NCBI GenBank assembly: GCA_963708235.1
Contig: OY970200.1
Span: forward strand, 3,223,479 to 3,287,478
DNA length: 64,000 nucleotides
DNA from: an uncultured Acidimicrobiia bacterium
Lineage (GTDB): Bacteria; Actinomycetota; Acidimicrobiia; Spongiisociales; UBA5794
Reading direction: 5' to 3'
Shown piece by piece: positions 10,415 to 21,777 of this stretch. Positions within the stretch are counted from its first letter, which is position 1, and every line of letters starts with the position of its first letter. Below the pieces are notes generated by a model, which saw nothing but the letters and a program-made list of their open reading frames with translations, was not told the DNA's origin and searched no databases. The translations under genes and the position numbers were made by a program.

Positions 10415-10443
10415 TTGCCGTTTTGAAAGCGGGTGACGATACT
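10415..10443 (+). promoter_or_regulatory. sigma-70-like promoter TTGCCG-N17-GATACT upstream of the second S15 peptidase
   Basis: It has the same spacing and -10 hexamer as the copy-1 promoter. The downstream 5' UTR also ends in the same CTC(T/A)(A/C)GGAGGTTCC ribosome-binding sequence. Confidence 0.4.
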
Positions 10444-10505
10444 TACGTCCTCAAGGAGAGCTGCTTGCGAGAGCGCTCCGACGTCATCTGCTCTCAGGAG
10501 GTTCC

Positions 10506-12434
10506 ATGAGGAACGTGGGGAAACGTGCAGCCGTGCTCGCCATTGCGCTGTTGACCGCACTGGTGGTGGTACCGGCCACGGCATCGGCGGCCGCCGCCGC
10601 ACAGGTCGAGTATCCGGACGAGATCGTCATCGAGGACGGGGTCACGCAGCCGGTCTTCGGCTACACCGATGCGATCCGTCAGCGGGTGTGGGTCCAGGGT
10701 GACTTCGACACCGACATGGACGGCGAGAACGACATGATCGCCATGGACATCATCCGCCCGGCCAAGTCCGCCGACGGCCTGGATGTCCCCGTGGTCATGG
10801 ACGCCAGCCCGTACTTCACGACGCTCTGTCGCGGCAACGAGAGCCAGTGCATCGAGGACGTCGACGGTGACGGCCTCAACGACCGCTGGCCGCTGTTCTA
10901 CGACAACTACTTCGTGCCCCGTGGCTACGCCGTGATGCTGCTGCACATGGTCGGCACCGGGTTCTCCAACGGCTGCCCCGTCACCGGCGGGACCGGGGAC
11001 AATCTCAGCGCCGTGGCGGCCATCGACTGGCTCAACGGCCGTAAGCCCGGTGTCGACGCCGCCGGCAACCCCGTGGTCGCCGACTGGCACAACGGTCACA
11101 CCGGGATGATCGGTAAGTCGTATGACGGCACGCTGGCCAACGCCGCCGCCGCCACCGGAGTCGAGGGGCTGACCACGATCGTTCCGATCTCGGCGATCTC
11201 GAGCTGGTACGACTACAGCCGCTCCAACGGCATCCGGTTCAACACCAACTACCCGTCGAGCCTCTCCAACACCGTGACCAACCCGGCGCGCCGTGCCTAC
11301 TGCGCTCCGGTGCGGACCATCCTCAACGAGACCGACGGTGACGAGACCGGCGACTTCACCGACTTCTGGGTGGAGCGCGACTACCACAAGGACATCGACA
11401 ACGTCGAGGCCTCGGTGTTCGTCGTCCACGGCTGGCAGGACAACAACGTCAAGACCGACCACGCCTCCAAGTGGTGGTACGGCCTCGCCGAGCGGGACAT
11501 CCCCCGCAAGATCTGGTGGAACCGTTCCGGTCACGAGGAGGGCTTCGACTTCCGTCGAGCCGAGTGGGTCGACACCATCCACCGCTGGTTCGACTTCTGG
11601 CTGCACGAGGTCGACAACGACATCATGGACGAGCCGATGGCCGACGTGGAGTACGCCGCCAATGAGTGGGTGACCTACGACGACTGGCCGGTGCAGGGTG
11701 CGACGCAGACCAACCTGTACTTCAACCCGTCCGGTGAAGGGGAGGCGGGCACGCTCGACCTGACCCAGCCGGCGCAGGGGGTGACCGACAGTTACGTCGA
11801 CCGCAACAACCAGAGCGAGGCACAGGCGGTCAACAACCCGACGACGGCCAACCCGAACCGACTGGTCTACCTGTCGGACCCGCTGACCGAGCCGCTGCAC
11901 ATCTCCGGTACCGCCGAGCTGAAGCTGAAGGCGAAGGTCAATGACACCTTCACCAACTTCGGTGTAGTGGTGATGGAGTACACGGGAGCCACACGTCAGC
12001 AGGTGACGACATCGAGCGAAGGTGTCGCCAACGTTCCGGGCAACCCACGGGACTGTTGGGGTGAGAGCAGCGAGCATGACTCGGCCTGCTATATCCAGAC
12101 CCAGACCAACACCACCAACGCCTCGCAGTGGAGGGTGACCAAGGGGATCGTGGATGGTCAGAACATCTACGACTACACCACCCAGACCCCGCTGCGACCC
12201 AACAAGTACTACAACTTCGGGTACAACCTGTTGCCCATCGACTACATCTTCCCGGCAGGCAGCCGGATCGGTGTGGTGCTGGTCGGCAGCTACCCGAGCT
12301 ACTCGAGCGTGGCGGTGACCAACGCCGCCGAGGTGACCATCGACCTCGGCAACAGCCGCATCGCACTGCCCATCGTCGGTGGCAAGCGTGCCGCCTATGA
12401 CGCAGGGATCCTCGACAGCAACCGGGACGGCTGA
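10506..12434 (+). CDS. secreted S15-family peptidase (Xaa-Pro dipeptidyl-peptidase family), copy 2 (paralog of 8357-10288, about 85% identical)
   Basis: Signal peptide MRNVGKRAAVLAIALLTALVVVPATASA. It is collinear with copy 1 along the whole length and has the GKSYDG motif. Confidence 0.75.
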   Translation: MRNVGKRAAVLAIALLTALVVVPATASAAAAAQVEYPDEIVIEDGVTQPVFGYTDAIRQRVWVQGDFDTDMDGENDMIAMDIIRPAKSADGLDVPVVMDASPYFTTLCRGNESQCIEDVDGDGLNDRWPLFYDNYFVPRGYAVMLLHMVGTGFSNGCPVTGGTGDNLSAVAAIDWLNGRKPGVDAAGNPVVADWHNGHTGMIGKSYDGTLANAAAATGVEGLTTIVPISAISSWYDYSRSNGIRFNTNYPSSLSNTVTNPARRAYCAPVRTILNETDGDETGDFTDFWVERDYHKDIDNVEASVFVVHGWQDNNVKTDHASKWWYGLAERDIPRKIWWNRSGHEEGFDFRRAEWVDTIHRWFDFWLHEVDNDIMDEPMADVEYAANEWVTYDDWPVQGATQTNLYFNPSGEGEAGTLDLTQPAQGVTDSYVDRNNQSEAQAVNNPTTANPNRLVYLSDPLTEPLHISGTAELKLKAKVNDTFTNFGVVVMEYTGATRQQVTTSSEGVANVPGNPRDCWGESSEHDSACYIQTQTNTTNASQWRVTKGIVDGQNIYDYTTQTPLRPNKYYNFGYNLLPIDYIFPAGSRIGVVLVGSYPSYSSVAVTNAAEVTIDLGNSRIALPIVGGKRAAYDAGILDSNRDG

Positions 12435-12458
12435 CACCCCGCTGGATCGAGTCTGGAG

Positions 12459-12488
12459 AGTGGCCCCCGGCATCCGCCGGGGGCCACT
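12459..12488 (+). terminator. GC-rich hairpin (AGTGGCCCCCGGC-ATCC-GCCGGGGGCCACT) after the second peptidase
   Basis: A 13-bp perfect stem with a 4-nt loop is followed by TCTACGTCTGC. Confidence 0.5.
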
Positions 12489-12611
12489 TCTACGTCTGCA
12501 TTGGATTCTCCTGTGGTGTGTCCATCCGTTCCGGTCGGCGGCTTCGGATAGCGTGTGTCGTCCGGACGCCACCACCGACCTTTGCGCGTCCGGACCGGAG
12601 AAAGGCTGGGA

Positions 12612-13727
12612 ATGCTGCTCGCCACCAAAGACATCCTGCGATCGAAGCTGAAGTTCGGGCTGCTCGCCGGTGCCCTCGGTCTACTGGTGTTCCTGCTTCT
12701 GTTCCTCAACTCGATTTCGAACCAGCTCGTCCAGTCGCTGATCGGCGCCCTCGACAACTCCACCGCCGATGTCCTCGTGGTGGGGGACGAGTCTCAGGGC
12801 GCCCTCGCCGCCAGCCGGCTCGATGCCGCAACGGTCGAGACCGTCACCGAGATCGAGGGGGTGGCCGAGGCGGTCGGCATCGGGCTCTTCACCACCACCG
12901 CCGACGTCGGTGGAGAACAGCAGGAGCTGTCACTGTGGGGAGTGCCGGTGGGTGGGCCCGGATTCCCCGCCGATCTGATCGAGGGCCGCATGCCGGAGAC
13001 CGCCGGCGAGATCGTCGTCGATGTCGGGGCCCGTTCCGAGGGGTTCGCCGTCGGCGAGACCGTGGCCCTGCTCCCCTCCGGAGAGTCGCTCCAGGTGGTC
13101 GGGGTGGTCCGCAATGCCTCCTACTTCATCACCCCCACCGCCTACGCCGCTCTAGACGATTGGGAGGAAGCCTTCCTCGCCCAGTTCCCCGGTGCGCCTG
13201 AGGTGCCGCTCAACGCCGTCGGGGTCGCCATCGACGACGGGGTCGAGGCGACCGCCGTTGTGGGACGGGTGACGGATTCGATCGAGGGGGTGGAGGCGAT
13301 GACCCCCGCCGAGCTGGCGGCGATGACCCCCGGGATCGATTCGCTGACCCAGAGCTTCGGGCTGATCCTGGGGATCACCTTCCTCGTCGTGGTGCTGCTG
13401 GTCGGCTTCTTCTTCCTGATCCTCACCGTCCAGAAGCTGCGGCCGTTCACGGTGCTGCGGGCGGTGGGGGCGCCGACGGCGCTGCTGGGCAGATCGGTGG
13501 CTGCCCAGATCGTGGTGATCGTCCTGGCCGGGGTCGCCATCGGGACCGCCGGTCTGTGGCTGGTCAGCCTCGCCTCGACCGCCGAGTTCACCATCCGGTT
13601 CGATCCGTCACCGATCCTGGGGGTGACCGCCGCCATCCTGGTCTCGTCGCTTGCGGCCGGTCTGTTCTCGATCCGCCGCATCGCCCGCGAAGATCCCGCC
13701 GATGCGGCGTTCGGAGGTGGCCGATGA
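12612..13727 (+). CDS. ABC transporter permease, FtsX/MacB-like (N-terminal TM, large extracytoplasmic domain, C-terminal 3-TM FtsX domain)
   Basis: The start is set at MLLATKDILRSKLKFGLLAGALGLLVFLLL after GGAGAAAGG. The C-terminal TM bundle is LILGITFLVVVLLVGFFFLILTV... Confidence 0.7.
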   Translation: MLLATKDILRSKLKFGLLAGALGLLVFLLLFLNSISNQLVQSLIGALDNSTADVLVVGDESQGALAASRLDAATVETVTEIEGVAEAVGIGLFTTTADVGGEQQELSLWGVPVGGPGFPADLIEGRMPETAGEIVVDVGARSEGFAVGETVALLPSGESLQVVGVVRNASYFITPTAYAALDDWEEAFLAQFPGAPEVPLNAVGVAIDDGVEATAVVGRVTDSIEGVEAMTPAELAAMTPGIDSLTQSFGLILGITFLVVVLLVGFFFLILTVQKLRPFTVLRAVGAPTALLGRSVAAQIVVIVLAGVAIGTAGLWLVSLASTAEFTIRFDPSPILGVTAAILVSSLAAGLFSIRRIAREDPADAAFGGGR

Positions 13728-14848
13728 ACCTCGCCTTTGCCGAGCTCCGTCGCACCCGGTCCCGTTTTGCGGTGATCACGGTGGCGGTGGGGTTCATCGT
13801 GTTCCTGGCACTGATCCTCGCCGCCCTCGCCGATGGGCTCTACCTCTCCAACACCGGTGCGCTGCGCAACGCCGGAGCCGACGGATATGTCTTCGCCGCC
13901 GACAGCGAACGGTCGTTGAGCCGTTCCGAGCTGGCTCCCGAGGTCGCCGACGAGGTGGCGGCGGTCGATGGAGTCGAGCAGGCTGCCCCGGTGGCGTTCT
14001 TCGAGGTTCCGGTCTCGGTCGACGGTGAGCGTCTCAGCGTCGTGGTCGCCGGGTTCCAACCCGACGGCCCGGGGGGCCCGCAGGCGGCTTCCGACGGCGC
14101 CCTGCCCGAGGGGTCGACCGACCCGATCGAGGCGGTTGCCGACCGCACCCTCGCCGACGAGTACGACCTTGCGATCGGAGACGTCATCGACATGGGCGGG
14201 GACGTCACGGTGACCGTGACCGGTTTCGCCGACGACGTGAGCTATCTGGGCGGGTCGACCTTGTGGGTCCCGTTCGAGGAGTGGGTGGAGATCCGTGATG
14301 CGGTGCGCCCTGAGCTTTCGGGTCGCAACCCGGTGCAGGCGGTTGCCTTCACCCTCGCCACCGGTTCCGAACCGACCGCGGTCACCGCCGATATCGGGGA
14401 CGAGGTCGACGGTGTCGAGGCGGTCCCGGTCGACGACGCCGTGCTGGCGTTGCCGGCGGTGGCGCAGCAGGAGTCGGTCTTCGCCGCCATCGTCGGTGCC
14501 ACCTTTGTCGTGGTGGCGTTGGTGGTGGCGCTGTTCTTCGCATTGGTGACGATGGAGAAGCGGACCCAGTATGCCGTGCTCAAGGCGATCGGGGCCCGCA
14601 CCCGGACGCTCGCCCTCGGGGTGCTGATCCAGGCCACCGTGACCGCATTCCTCGGGTTCCTGCTCGGTCTGGGGTTGACCCGCCTCGTCGGAGCAGTACT
14701 GCCGGCGTCGGTGCCCGCCACCTTTGTCACCGGCACTGCGATCTCTCTGCTGGTCGCCACCATCGTGATGGGCGGGCTCGGCGCAGTCCTGTCCTTCCGC
14801 CGTATCGGACAAATCGATCCCGCATCCGCCCTTGGAGGTGCCGAATGA
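13724..14848 (+). CDS. ABC transporter permease, FtsX/MacB-like (second permease)
   Basis: The ATG at 13724 overlaps the upstream stop (ATGA). MNLAFAELRRTRSRFAVITVAVGFIVFLALIL... has the same architecture as the preceding gene. Confidence 0.7.
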   Translation: MNLAFAELRRTRSRFAVITVAVGFIVFLALILAALADGLYLSNTGALRNAGADGYVFAADSERSLSRSELAPEVADEVAAVDGVEQAAPVAFFEVPVSVDGERLSVVVAGFQPDGPGGPQAASDGALPEGSTDPIEAVADRTLADEYDLAIGDVIDMGGDVTVTVTGFADDVSYLGGSTLWVPFEEWVEIRDAVRPELSGRNPVQAVAFTLATGSEPTAVTADIGDEVDGVEAVPVDDAVLALPAVAQQESVFAAIVGATFVVVALVVALFFALVTMEKRTQYAVLKAIGARTRTLALGVLIQATVTAFLGFLLGLGLTRLVGAVLPASVPATFVTGTAISLLVATIVMGGLGAVLSFRRIGQIDPASALGGAE

Positions 14849-15534
14849 CCGCTGCCCTCACCGTCGAGTCCGTCACCAAGACGTACGGTTCGGGGCACAC
14901 CGCCGTGACCGCCGTCGACAGCGCCGAGTTCACCCTCGGCGAGAACGAGTTCATCGCCCTGGTCGGTCCGTCCGGCTCCGGCAAGACGACGCTGCTGTCG
15001 ATGGTCGGCGGGCTGCTCACCCCGTCGGAAGGCCGGATCGAGGTGGGCGGCACCGACATCACCGGGCTGTCCCGCAAGGCGCAGACCCGGTTCCGCGCCA
15101 ACCGCATCGGTTTCGTGTTCCAGTCGTTCAACCTGGTTCCGTTCCTCACGGCCAGGGAGAACCTGACCGTGATGGCCTCGATCGCCGACATCCCCAAGCG
15201 CGAGATCGAGGAACGCGCCGATCGCCTGCTCGAGGATCTGGGTCTCGCCGACCGCCGCCGCAACCTCCCCTCCGAGCTTTCCGGCGGTGAGCGTCAACGT
15301 GTCGCCATCGGCCGCGCCCTGGTCACGGACCCCGACCTGATCCTGGTCGACGAGCCCACCGCCAGCCTCGACACCGAGCTCGGCACCCAGGTGGTCAAGA
15401 TGCTCGCCGCCGAAGTCTCCGGTCGCGGCAAGGCCGGGATCATGGTCACCCACGACATGCGCATGGTCGACTTCACCGACCGCACCCTCCGCATCACCGA
15501 CGGCCGCCTCGAAGAAAGCTCCGACTCGGAGTAG
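14845..15534 (+). CDS. ABC transporter ATP-binding protein (MacB/LolD-like)
   Basis: ATGA overlap with the upstream gene. Walker A GPSGSGKTT, Q-loop, ABC signature LSGGERQRVAIGRAL, and Walker B ILVDEPT are all present. Confidence 0.9.
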   Translation: MTAALTVESVTKTYGSGHTAVTAVDSAEFTLGENEFIALVGPSGSGKTTLLSMVGGLLTPSEGRIEVGGTDITGLSRKAQTRFRANRIGFVFQSFNLVPFLTARENLTVMASIADIPKREIEERADRLLEDLGLADRRRNLPSELSGGERQRVAIGRALVTDPDLILVDEPTASLDTELGTQVVKMLAAEVSGRGKAGIMVTHDMRMVDFTDRTLRITDGRLEESSDSE

Positions 15535-15586
15535 ACGCCACCGTCGTGTCACCGGGCGGCGATCGCCGCTGTCTACGCTGCCCGCC

Positions 15587-15961
15587 ATGGCCACGAACAA
15601 GACCAGACGGGCCAGGTACGCACGGCGTCGCAAGAAGCGCATGGACCGGGTCGAACACGACCTGACCGACGAGCAGTGGGGTGCCCTGCAAGCCGCATGG
15701 GGAGGCTGCGCCTACTGCGGCGCCACCGACCGGCCGTTGCAGAAGGACTGTGTGTTGGCGCTGTCACGCGGCGGCCGGTACACCCTCGACAACATCGTCC
15801 CCGCCTGCCGATCCTGCAACGCCGGTAAGTGCAACACGGAGGTCACCAGCTGGATGCGCCGCCGCCGCCTCGACGAGCAGACCTTCCTCCTCCGCCATCT
15901 CGAGATCCGCACCGCCCTCGCCCCGGCCGAACCCGCAGCGGCCAGCGAATTCGTCGACTGA
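15587..15961 (+). CDS. HNH endonuclease family protein
   Basis: CAYCGATDRPLQKDCVLALSRGGRYTLDNIVPACRSCNAGK is an HNH/zinc-finger nuclease motif (two Cys pairs plus the conserved Asn and His-equivalent positions). It is a small basic 124-aa protein. Confidence 0.7.
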   Translation: MATNKTRRARYARRRKKRMDRVEHDLTDEQWGALQAAWGGCAYCGATDRPLQKDCVLALSRGGRYTLDNIVPACRSCNAGKCNTEVTSWMRRRRLDEQTFLLRHLEIRTALAPAEPAAASEFVD

Positions 15962-15974
15962 CTGCGCGACCTCC

Positions 15975-16135
15975 TTTCTGGCCCTCCCCACCCTGGCGAG
16001 GAGAAGCAACGGGCTCCCCAGAGACAGACCCGCCTTTCTGGCCCTCCCCGCCCTGAGAAAGAGAAGCAACGGGCTCCACAGAGACAGACCCGCCTTTCTG
16101 GCCCTCCCCGCCCTGGGGGGGGACGCTCCTATGGA
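15975..16135. repeat. 2.7 tandem copies of a 60-bp unit starting TTTCTGGCCCTCCCC, related to the 144-bp array at 915-1835
   Basis: TTTCTGGCCCTCCCC occurs at 15975, 16035 and 16095. The array abuts the stop of the IS110 transposase gene. Confidence 0.85.
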
Positions 16136-17460
16136 TGTCAAGTGGGGTTTTCGAGGAGGCGGTAGATGTGGCGGGCGATGTAGCGTTTGAGGCAGCGTCG
16201 GATCTCGGCTGGTTTTTTGCCTTCTGCGGCGCGGCGGGCGGCGTAGGCGCGGGTCTCGGGGTCGTAGCGGAGCCGGCAGAGGACAATGGTGTGGAGTGCC
16301 TGGTTGAGTTGCCGGTCGCCGTAGCGGTTGAGGCGGTGTCGGGTGATGAGCCCGGAGGACGCCTCGATGGGGGCGACCCCGGCAAGGTTCGCGAACGCGG
16401 CTTCGTTTCGGAATCTGCCTGGGTGGGACCAGGCGCACAGGATGATGGCGGCGACGATGGGTCCGACGCCTTGTTCGTTGAGGAGGTCGGGTCGCCACGC
16501 TTTGACGATCTGGTCGATGTGGTGTTGGTGGTTGGCGGCTTCGTTGTCGAGGGTGCGTGCCCGGCGGGCGAGCTGGCGAATGGTGTCGGCAACGATGCGG
16601 GTCTCGTGGCTCCAGGCGGTGCTGGTACGGAGCTTGGCAGCGGTCGTGATCATCCGGGTGGTGGACAGGCCCCGGAAACGGTCCCGGAGTGGTTCGGGGG
16701 CGCCGATGATGATGGCGTGGAGTTGCTGTTTAGCCGTCTTGGCGGCGTCTTTGGCGGAACTGCGGGCAGTGACAAGCACCGCCAACGATGCCCGGTCACC
16801 GTTCAGGTTGCGGGGCTCACCGGGATGTCGACGGGTCAGGGCCTCGCGACCGGAACGCACCGCGTCGATCTCATCGGACTTGGCGCCGTTACGCCGCTTG
16901 GGTCGGGTCGGGCGGTCAACTTCGACGATCCGCTCGCCGCGGGCGAGGAGGTGCCGAGCCAACCCGGCACCGTAACTCCCGGCGCCTTCAATCACCCACA
17001 CCCGTTGGGTGGTAGCGCCGTGACGGTCAGCAACGGTGATCAACTCGTTGTAGCCGCCCGGATCGGCCGGGACCTGCTCGATATCGATTGCTGCACCGGT
17101 ACCAGTGACGAGCACCGCAGCGGTATGGGTATCTCGATGCGTATCGACCGCCACGACGAACTCGTAGTTGTCTGCCAACATGGACATCAGCGTTCCTCCT
17201 CGCCTAGAGCTGGACGTATGGCTCTGGTCCGGTCACAGGGGATCGGCAAGGCTGTGATGAGACACGCCAGGCCAACACCGGGCGGTCAAGCTCCTAATCA
17301 GGCCAGTCACCCCTTGACCGGGCCAGCGCCGATGACACCAAGCGGACATGTCCCCCCAAAGGCACCCCCCAACAGGGAAGGCCAGCGGGGTAAGGGTCAC
17401 ACCCAACGTCATCGACACCAACCCAGTCTCCACCACCGAACCACGAACCGCATCCTCACA
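16136..17460 (-). mobile_element. IS110-family insertion sequence (boundaries approximate; this family lacks terminal inverted repeats)
   Basis: The transposase gene has about 270 bp of non-coding sequence on its 5' side. The element sits between two blocks of the same REP-like repeat family, which is the preferred target type for IS110 elements. Confidence 0.45.
16138..17187 (-). CDS. IS110-family transposase (DEDD recombinase)
   Basis: The 349-aa product has the N-terminal VAVDTHRDTHTAAV (DEDD RuvC-like) motif and the C-terminal GVGPIVAAIIL...FRNEAAFANLAGVAPIEASSG...RLNRYGDRQLNQALH block typical of IS110/IS1111 transposases. Confidence 0.9.
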   Translation of the reverse strand: MSMLADNYEFVVAVDTHRDTHTAAVLVTGTGAAIDIEQVPADPGGYNELITVADRHGATTQRVWVIEGAGSYGAGLARHLLARGERIVEVDRPTRPKRRNGAKSDEIDAVRSGREALTRRHPGEPRNLNGDRASLAVLVTARSSAKDAAKTAKQQLHAIIIGAPEPLRDRFRGLSTTRMITTAAKLRTSTAWSHETRIVADTIRQLARRARTLDNEAANHQHHIDQIVKAWRPDLLNEQGVGPIVAAIILCAWSHPGRFRNEAAFANLAGVAPIEASSGLITRHRLNRYGDRQLNQALHTIVLCRLRYDPETRAYAARRAAEGKKPAEIRRCLKRYIARHIYRLLENPT

Positions 17461-17700
17461 GCGGGGTGGCTGCGGACGCCTTGCGGACGCAGACGGGGCG
17501 GGGCGCGACGTCATCGTTCGGGGTCTGGCGTGTCACCGAACTGCCCTTCTTCAGCGTCGGAGCCCACGGCAGCTCGCACCGCACGCGACAGACCGACCTT
17601 CTGGGACTGCGACCTCGCGCCCCGCCCCACCTCCTCCCAGAACCTCGGAGGCACCCCGCCCCCCGGGGCGGGGAGGGCCAGAACAGCGCACTCTCAACCC
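17460..17700. repeat. dispersed copies of the same REP-like family (GGTGGCTGCGGACGC...GCGGACGCAGACGGGGCGG; GGGGAGGGCCAGAA in reverse orientation)
   Basis: The region shares segments of 20-35 nt with the 144-bp repeat unit, including the reverse-complemented TTCTGGCCCTCCCC core at about 17675. Confidence 0.6.
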
Positions 17701-17739
17701 AAGGTCCCTCGGCAGACGTGCAGTCAGTCTTCTGCCCAA

Positions 17740-18762
17740 TCAGGGCCGAGCAGCGAGAACACCCGCCTGCTCTGAAGTGAGATGGCCGGCCTTCGACATC
17801 CAGCGGATCGAGTCGGCAAGAGTCTCGTCGAACGAGGGCATCGGGCCGCCGATCTGGCGGGCGAGATGGTCGTCGGCGGATTGCCAGTTGGCGAGCACCC
17901 ACGGTCCCTCCGGTTCGATATCGAGATGACGACCGGTCCGCTGCGCCACCCATTGCACGGCCCTTGCGACGTGCACGGCGGCTCGGGCCGGAAGCGGCAC
18001 CACGAGAGGGCGGCGCCGTCCGGTCAGCCGATAGGCGGTGCGGAGGATCTGGCGATAGGCGACCACGGTGCCCGGGGCGACGATGCGCTGCCCACCGGGA
18101 TCGGGCGTGATCACCACCTCGGTCAGGAGGTGCGCCAGCCAGCGGACATCGACGATGCCGAACTCACCACCGAGCGCCACCGGCATCCGATCGGCGAGCA
18201 TCCCACGCAGGATGCCGACCATCTCCCCCGCTCCTGGGTCATCGGGGCCGAAGACCTGGGCCGGGTAGACGATGCTCACCGCGGCTCCGTGTTCCTGATG
18301 CCGTCTGGCGACCCGCTCCGCCCCGATCTTGGACCGGGCATACGGCAGGGTCCCCCGACCGATCGGAGGATCCGCCGGGATCGGGCCATCGCTCGGAAGC
18401 AGCGTGACCATCGACGAGACATGGACGATGTGGCGACAACCGGCGGCCACGGCGGCGTCGAGGACGTGGGCGGTCCCATCGACGTTGACCCGATACATCT
18501 CGTCGGCCCGCTGCGAGTCCAGGGTGTAGACGTTGGCAACGTGGAGCACGGCGTCGCACCCGTGGACCGCCGAAGCGACCGCAGCCGGATCGAGCACATC
18601 ACCCGCCATGACCTCGACCTCCGGTGAGCCATGGGGCTGGAGGGCGGTCGCCAACCTGTCCGGTGATCTGACCAGACACCGCACCCGGTGCCCGGCGGCG
18701 GCGAGGGCCGCCACCGCATGTGACCCGACGAATCCCGATGCACCGGTGACCAGAACGTCCAT
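17740..18762 (-). CDS. NAD(P)-dependent epimerase/dehydratase (extended SDR family)
   Basis: The N-terminal Rossmann motif is MDVLVTGASGFVGSHAV, with the catalytic YxxxK context (PYARSK) and overall SDR-e length (340 aa). Confidence 0.75.
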   Translation of the reverse strand: MDVLVTGASGFVGSHAVAALAAAGHRVRCLVRSPDRLATALQPHGSPEVEVMAGDVLDPAAVASAVHGCDAVLHVANVYTLDSQRADEMYRVNVDGTAHVLDAAVAAGCRHIVHVSSMVTLLPSDGPIPADPPIGRGTLPYARSKIGAERVARRHQEHGAAVSIVYPAQVFGPDDPGAGEMVGILRGMLADRMPVALGGEFGIVDVRWLAHLLTEVVITPDPGGQRIVAPGTVVAYRQILRTAYRLTGRRRPLVVPLPARAAVHVARAVQWVAQRTGRHLDIEPEGPWVLANWQSADDHLARQIGGPMPSFDETLADSIRWMSKAGHLTSEQAGVLAARP

Positions 18763-18849
18763 TGCCGACCCTTCGGTGGCGAGCGATGTCCCTGGTCAGG
18801 GTATGCGGACCCGTCCGGCCACCGGAAGTCAGGTACCCGAACGGCGAGG

Positions 18850-20806
<1,957 letters not shown>

Positions 20807-20870
20807 GTTCCCAGTCCTCCCGGATCGTCATCGATCGACATGGTCTCCGGTCATCGTATCGGTGCGGGGG

Positions 20871-21617
20871 TCATGTCGCAGCGGGTTTGCGACCCGACGC
20901 CGCATCGAGATGCGTCACCACCTCGGCGCCGAGCAGGTGGCGTTCGACGTCGAGGGTGGCGACGTGCCCGGAGTGCTCCAGCCAGAGGAGTCGCCTGGGG
21001 GCGGTGAGGGTGTCGTGGATGATCTGGCCGCTCTCGGGTCGCACGGTGCGGTCCCGCCGTGACTGCACCACCAGGGTGGGGGCGGTGATCCGGGGCAAGG
21101 CCCGGCGGGCGCCACGGATCAGGTCGCGCAGTTCGGCGACGGTGCCGACCGGAGTGTCGCCGTAGTCGTGGTGGTACTCGGTGGCGTACCCGACGGGGTG
21201 GACGGCAGGGTCGCCCCTTCGGATGTAGCTGCGGCCCCGTACCGCGCCGGAGATGCGGAACATGCGGTCGTGGACCTTGATCGGGGCGTTGATGCTGGTG
21301 AGTGATGCCACCTCACCGGTGGCGGCAATCAGGATGCCGATCAGGGCGCCCATGGAGAGCCCGGCGACGTGCAAGGTCCGGTCGTCGCCGACGTCGTTGA
21401 CCGCTTCGAGGGCGCTGCGCACCCAGTCGCGCCAGGTGGTGGTGAGGATGTCGTCGATGTGGGTGCCGTGTCCGGCGAGCAGCGGAGCCACCACCCCGTA
21501 CCCGGCGGCGGCGATGGCGTCGGCGAGTGGGCGGAGCTGTGCCGGGGTGCCGGTCCAGCCATGGAGGAGCAGCACCACCTGTTCACGTTCGGAGTGCAAC
21601 GCAAAGCCGTCGGCCAT
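20871..21617 (-). CDS. alpha/beta-hydrolase fold esterase/lipase
   Basis: The oxyanion region is VVLLLHGWTGT and the nucleophile elbow is GLSMGA, with a C-terminal His region. The first 157 codons of the 408-aa track ORF are antisense junk over the next gene, so the start is set at M161 (MADGFALHS). Confidence 0.65.
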   Translation of the reverse strand: MADGFALHSEREQVVLLLHGWTGTPAQLRPLADAIAAAGYGVVAPLLAGHGTHIDDILTTTWRDWVRSALEAVNDVGDDRTLHVAGLSMGALIGILIAATGEVASLTSINAPIKVHDRMFRISGAVRGRSYIRRGDPAVHPVGYATEYHHDYGDTPVGTVAELRDLIRGARRALPRITAPTLVVQSRRDRTVRPESGQIIHDTLTAPRRLLWLEHSGHVATLDVERHLLGAEVVTHLDAASGRKPAAT

Positions 21618-21777
21618 CGGGTGCATCAGCGGTGACGCGGTCACCGGCGGAGCGTACCGCTCGGAAACGACCGTCGATCCGCTGTGGTCATCTGGGACAG
21701 TGCTTGCAGAACGCACATCGGTAGGCTCGGCGCTAGTCCGCCACACGGAAATCCCGATCCATCGGAAGAGACCCACG

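Noticed and set aside
10494-12575. 693-aa minus-strand ORF
   Set aside because: It is antisense to the second S15 peptidase, which has a signal peptide, a catalytic motif and a paralog supporting the plus strand.
16135-17775. 546-aa plus-strand ORF
   Set aside because: It is antisense to the IS110 transposase gene.
21253-21777. N-terminal 175 codons of the 574-aa ORF preceding the lipoprotein signal peptide
   Set aside because: It overlaps the hydrolase gene on the other strand and is low-complexity. A GTG with an RBS sits directly in front of a canonical lipoprotein signal peptide, so the start was moved to 21778.
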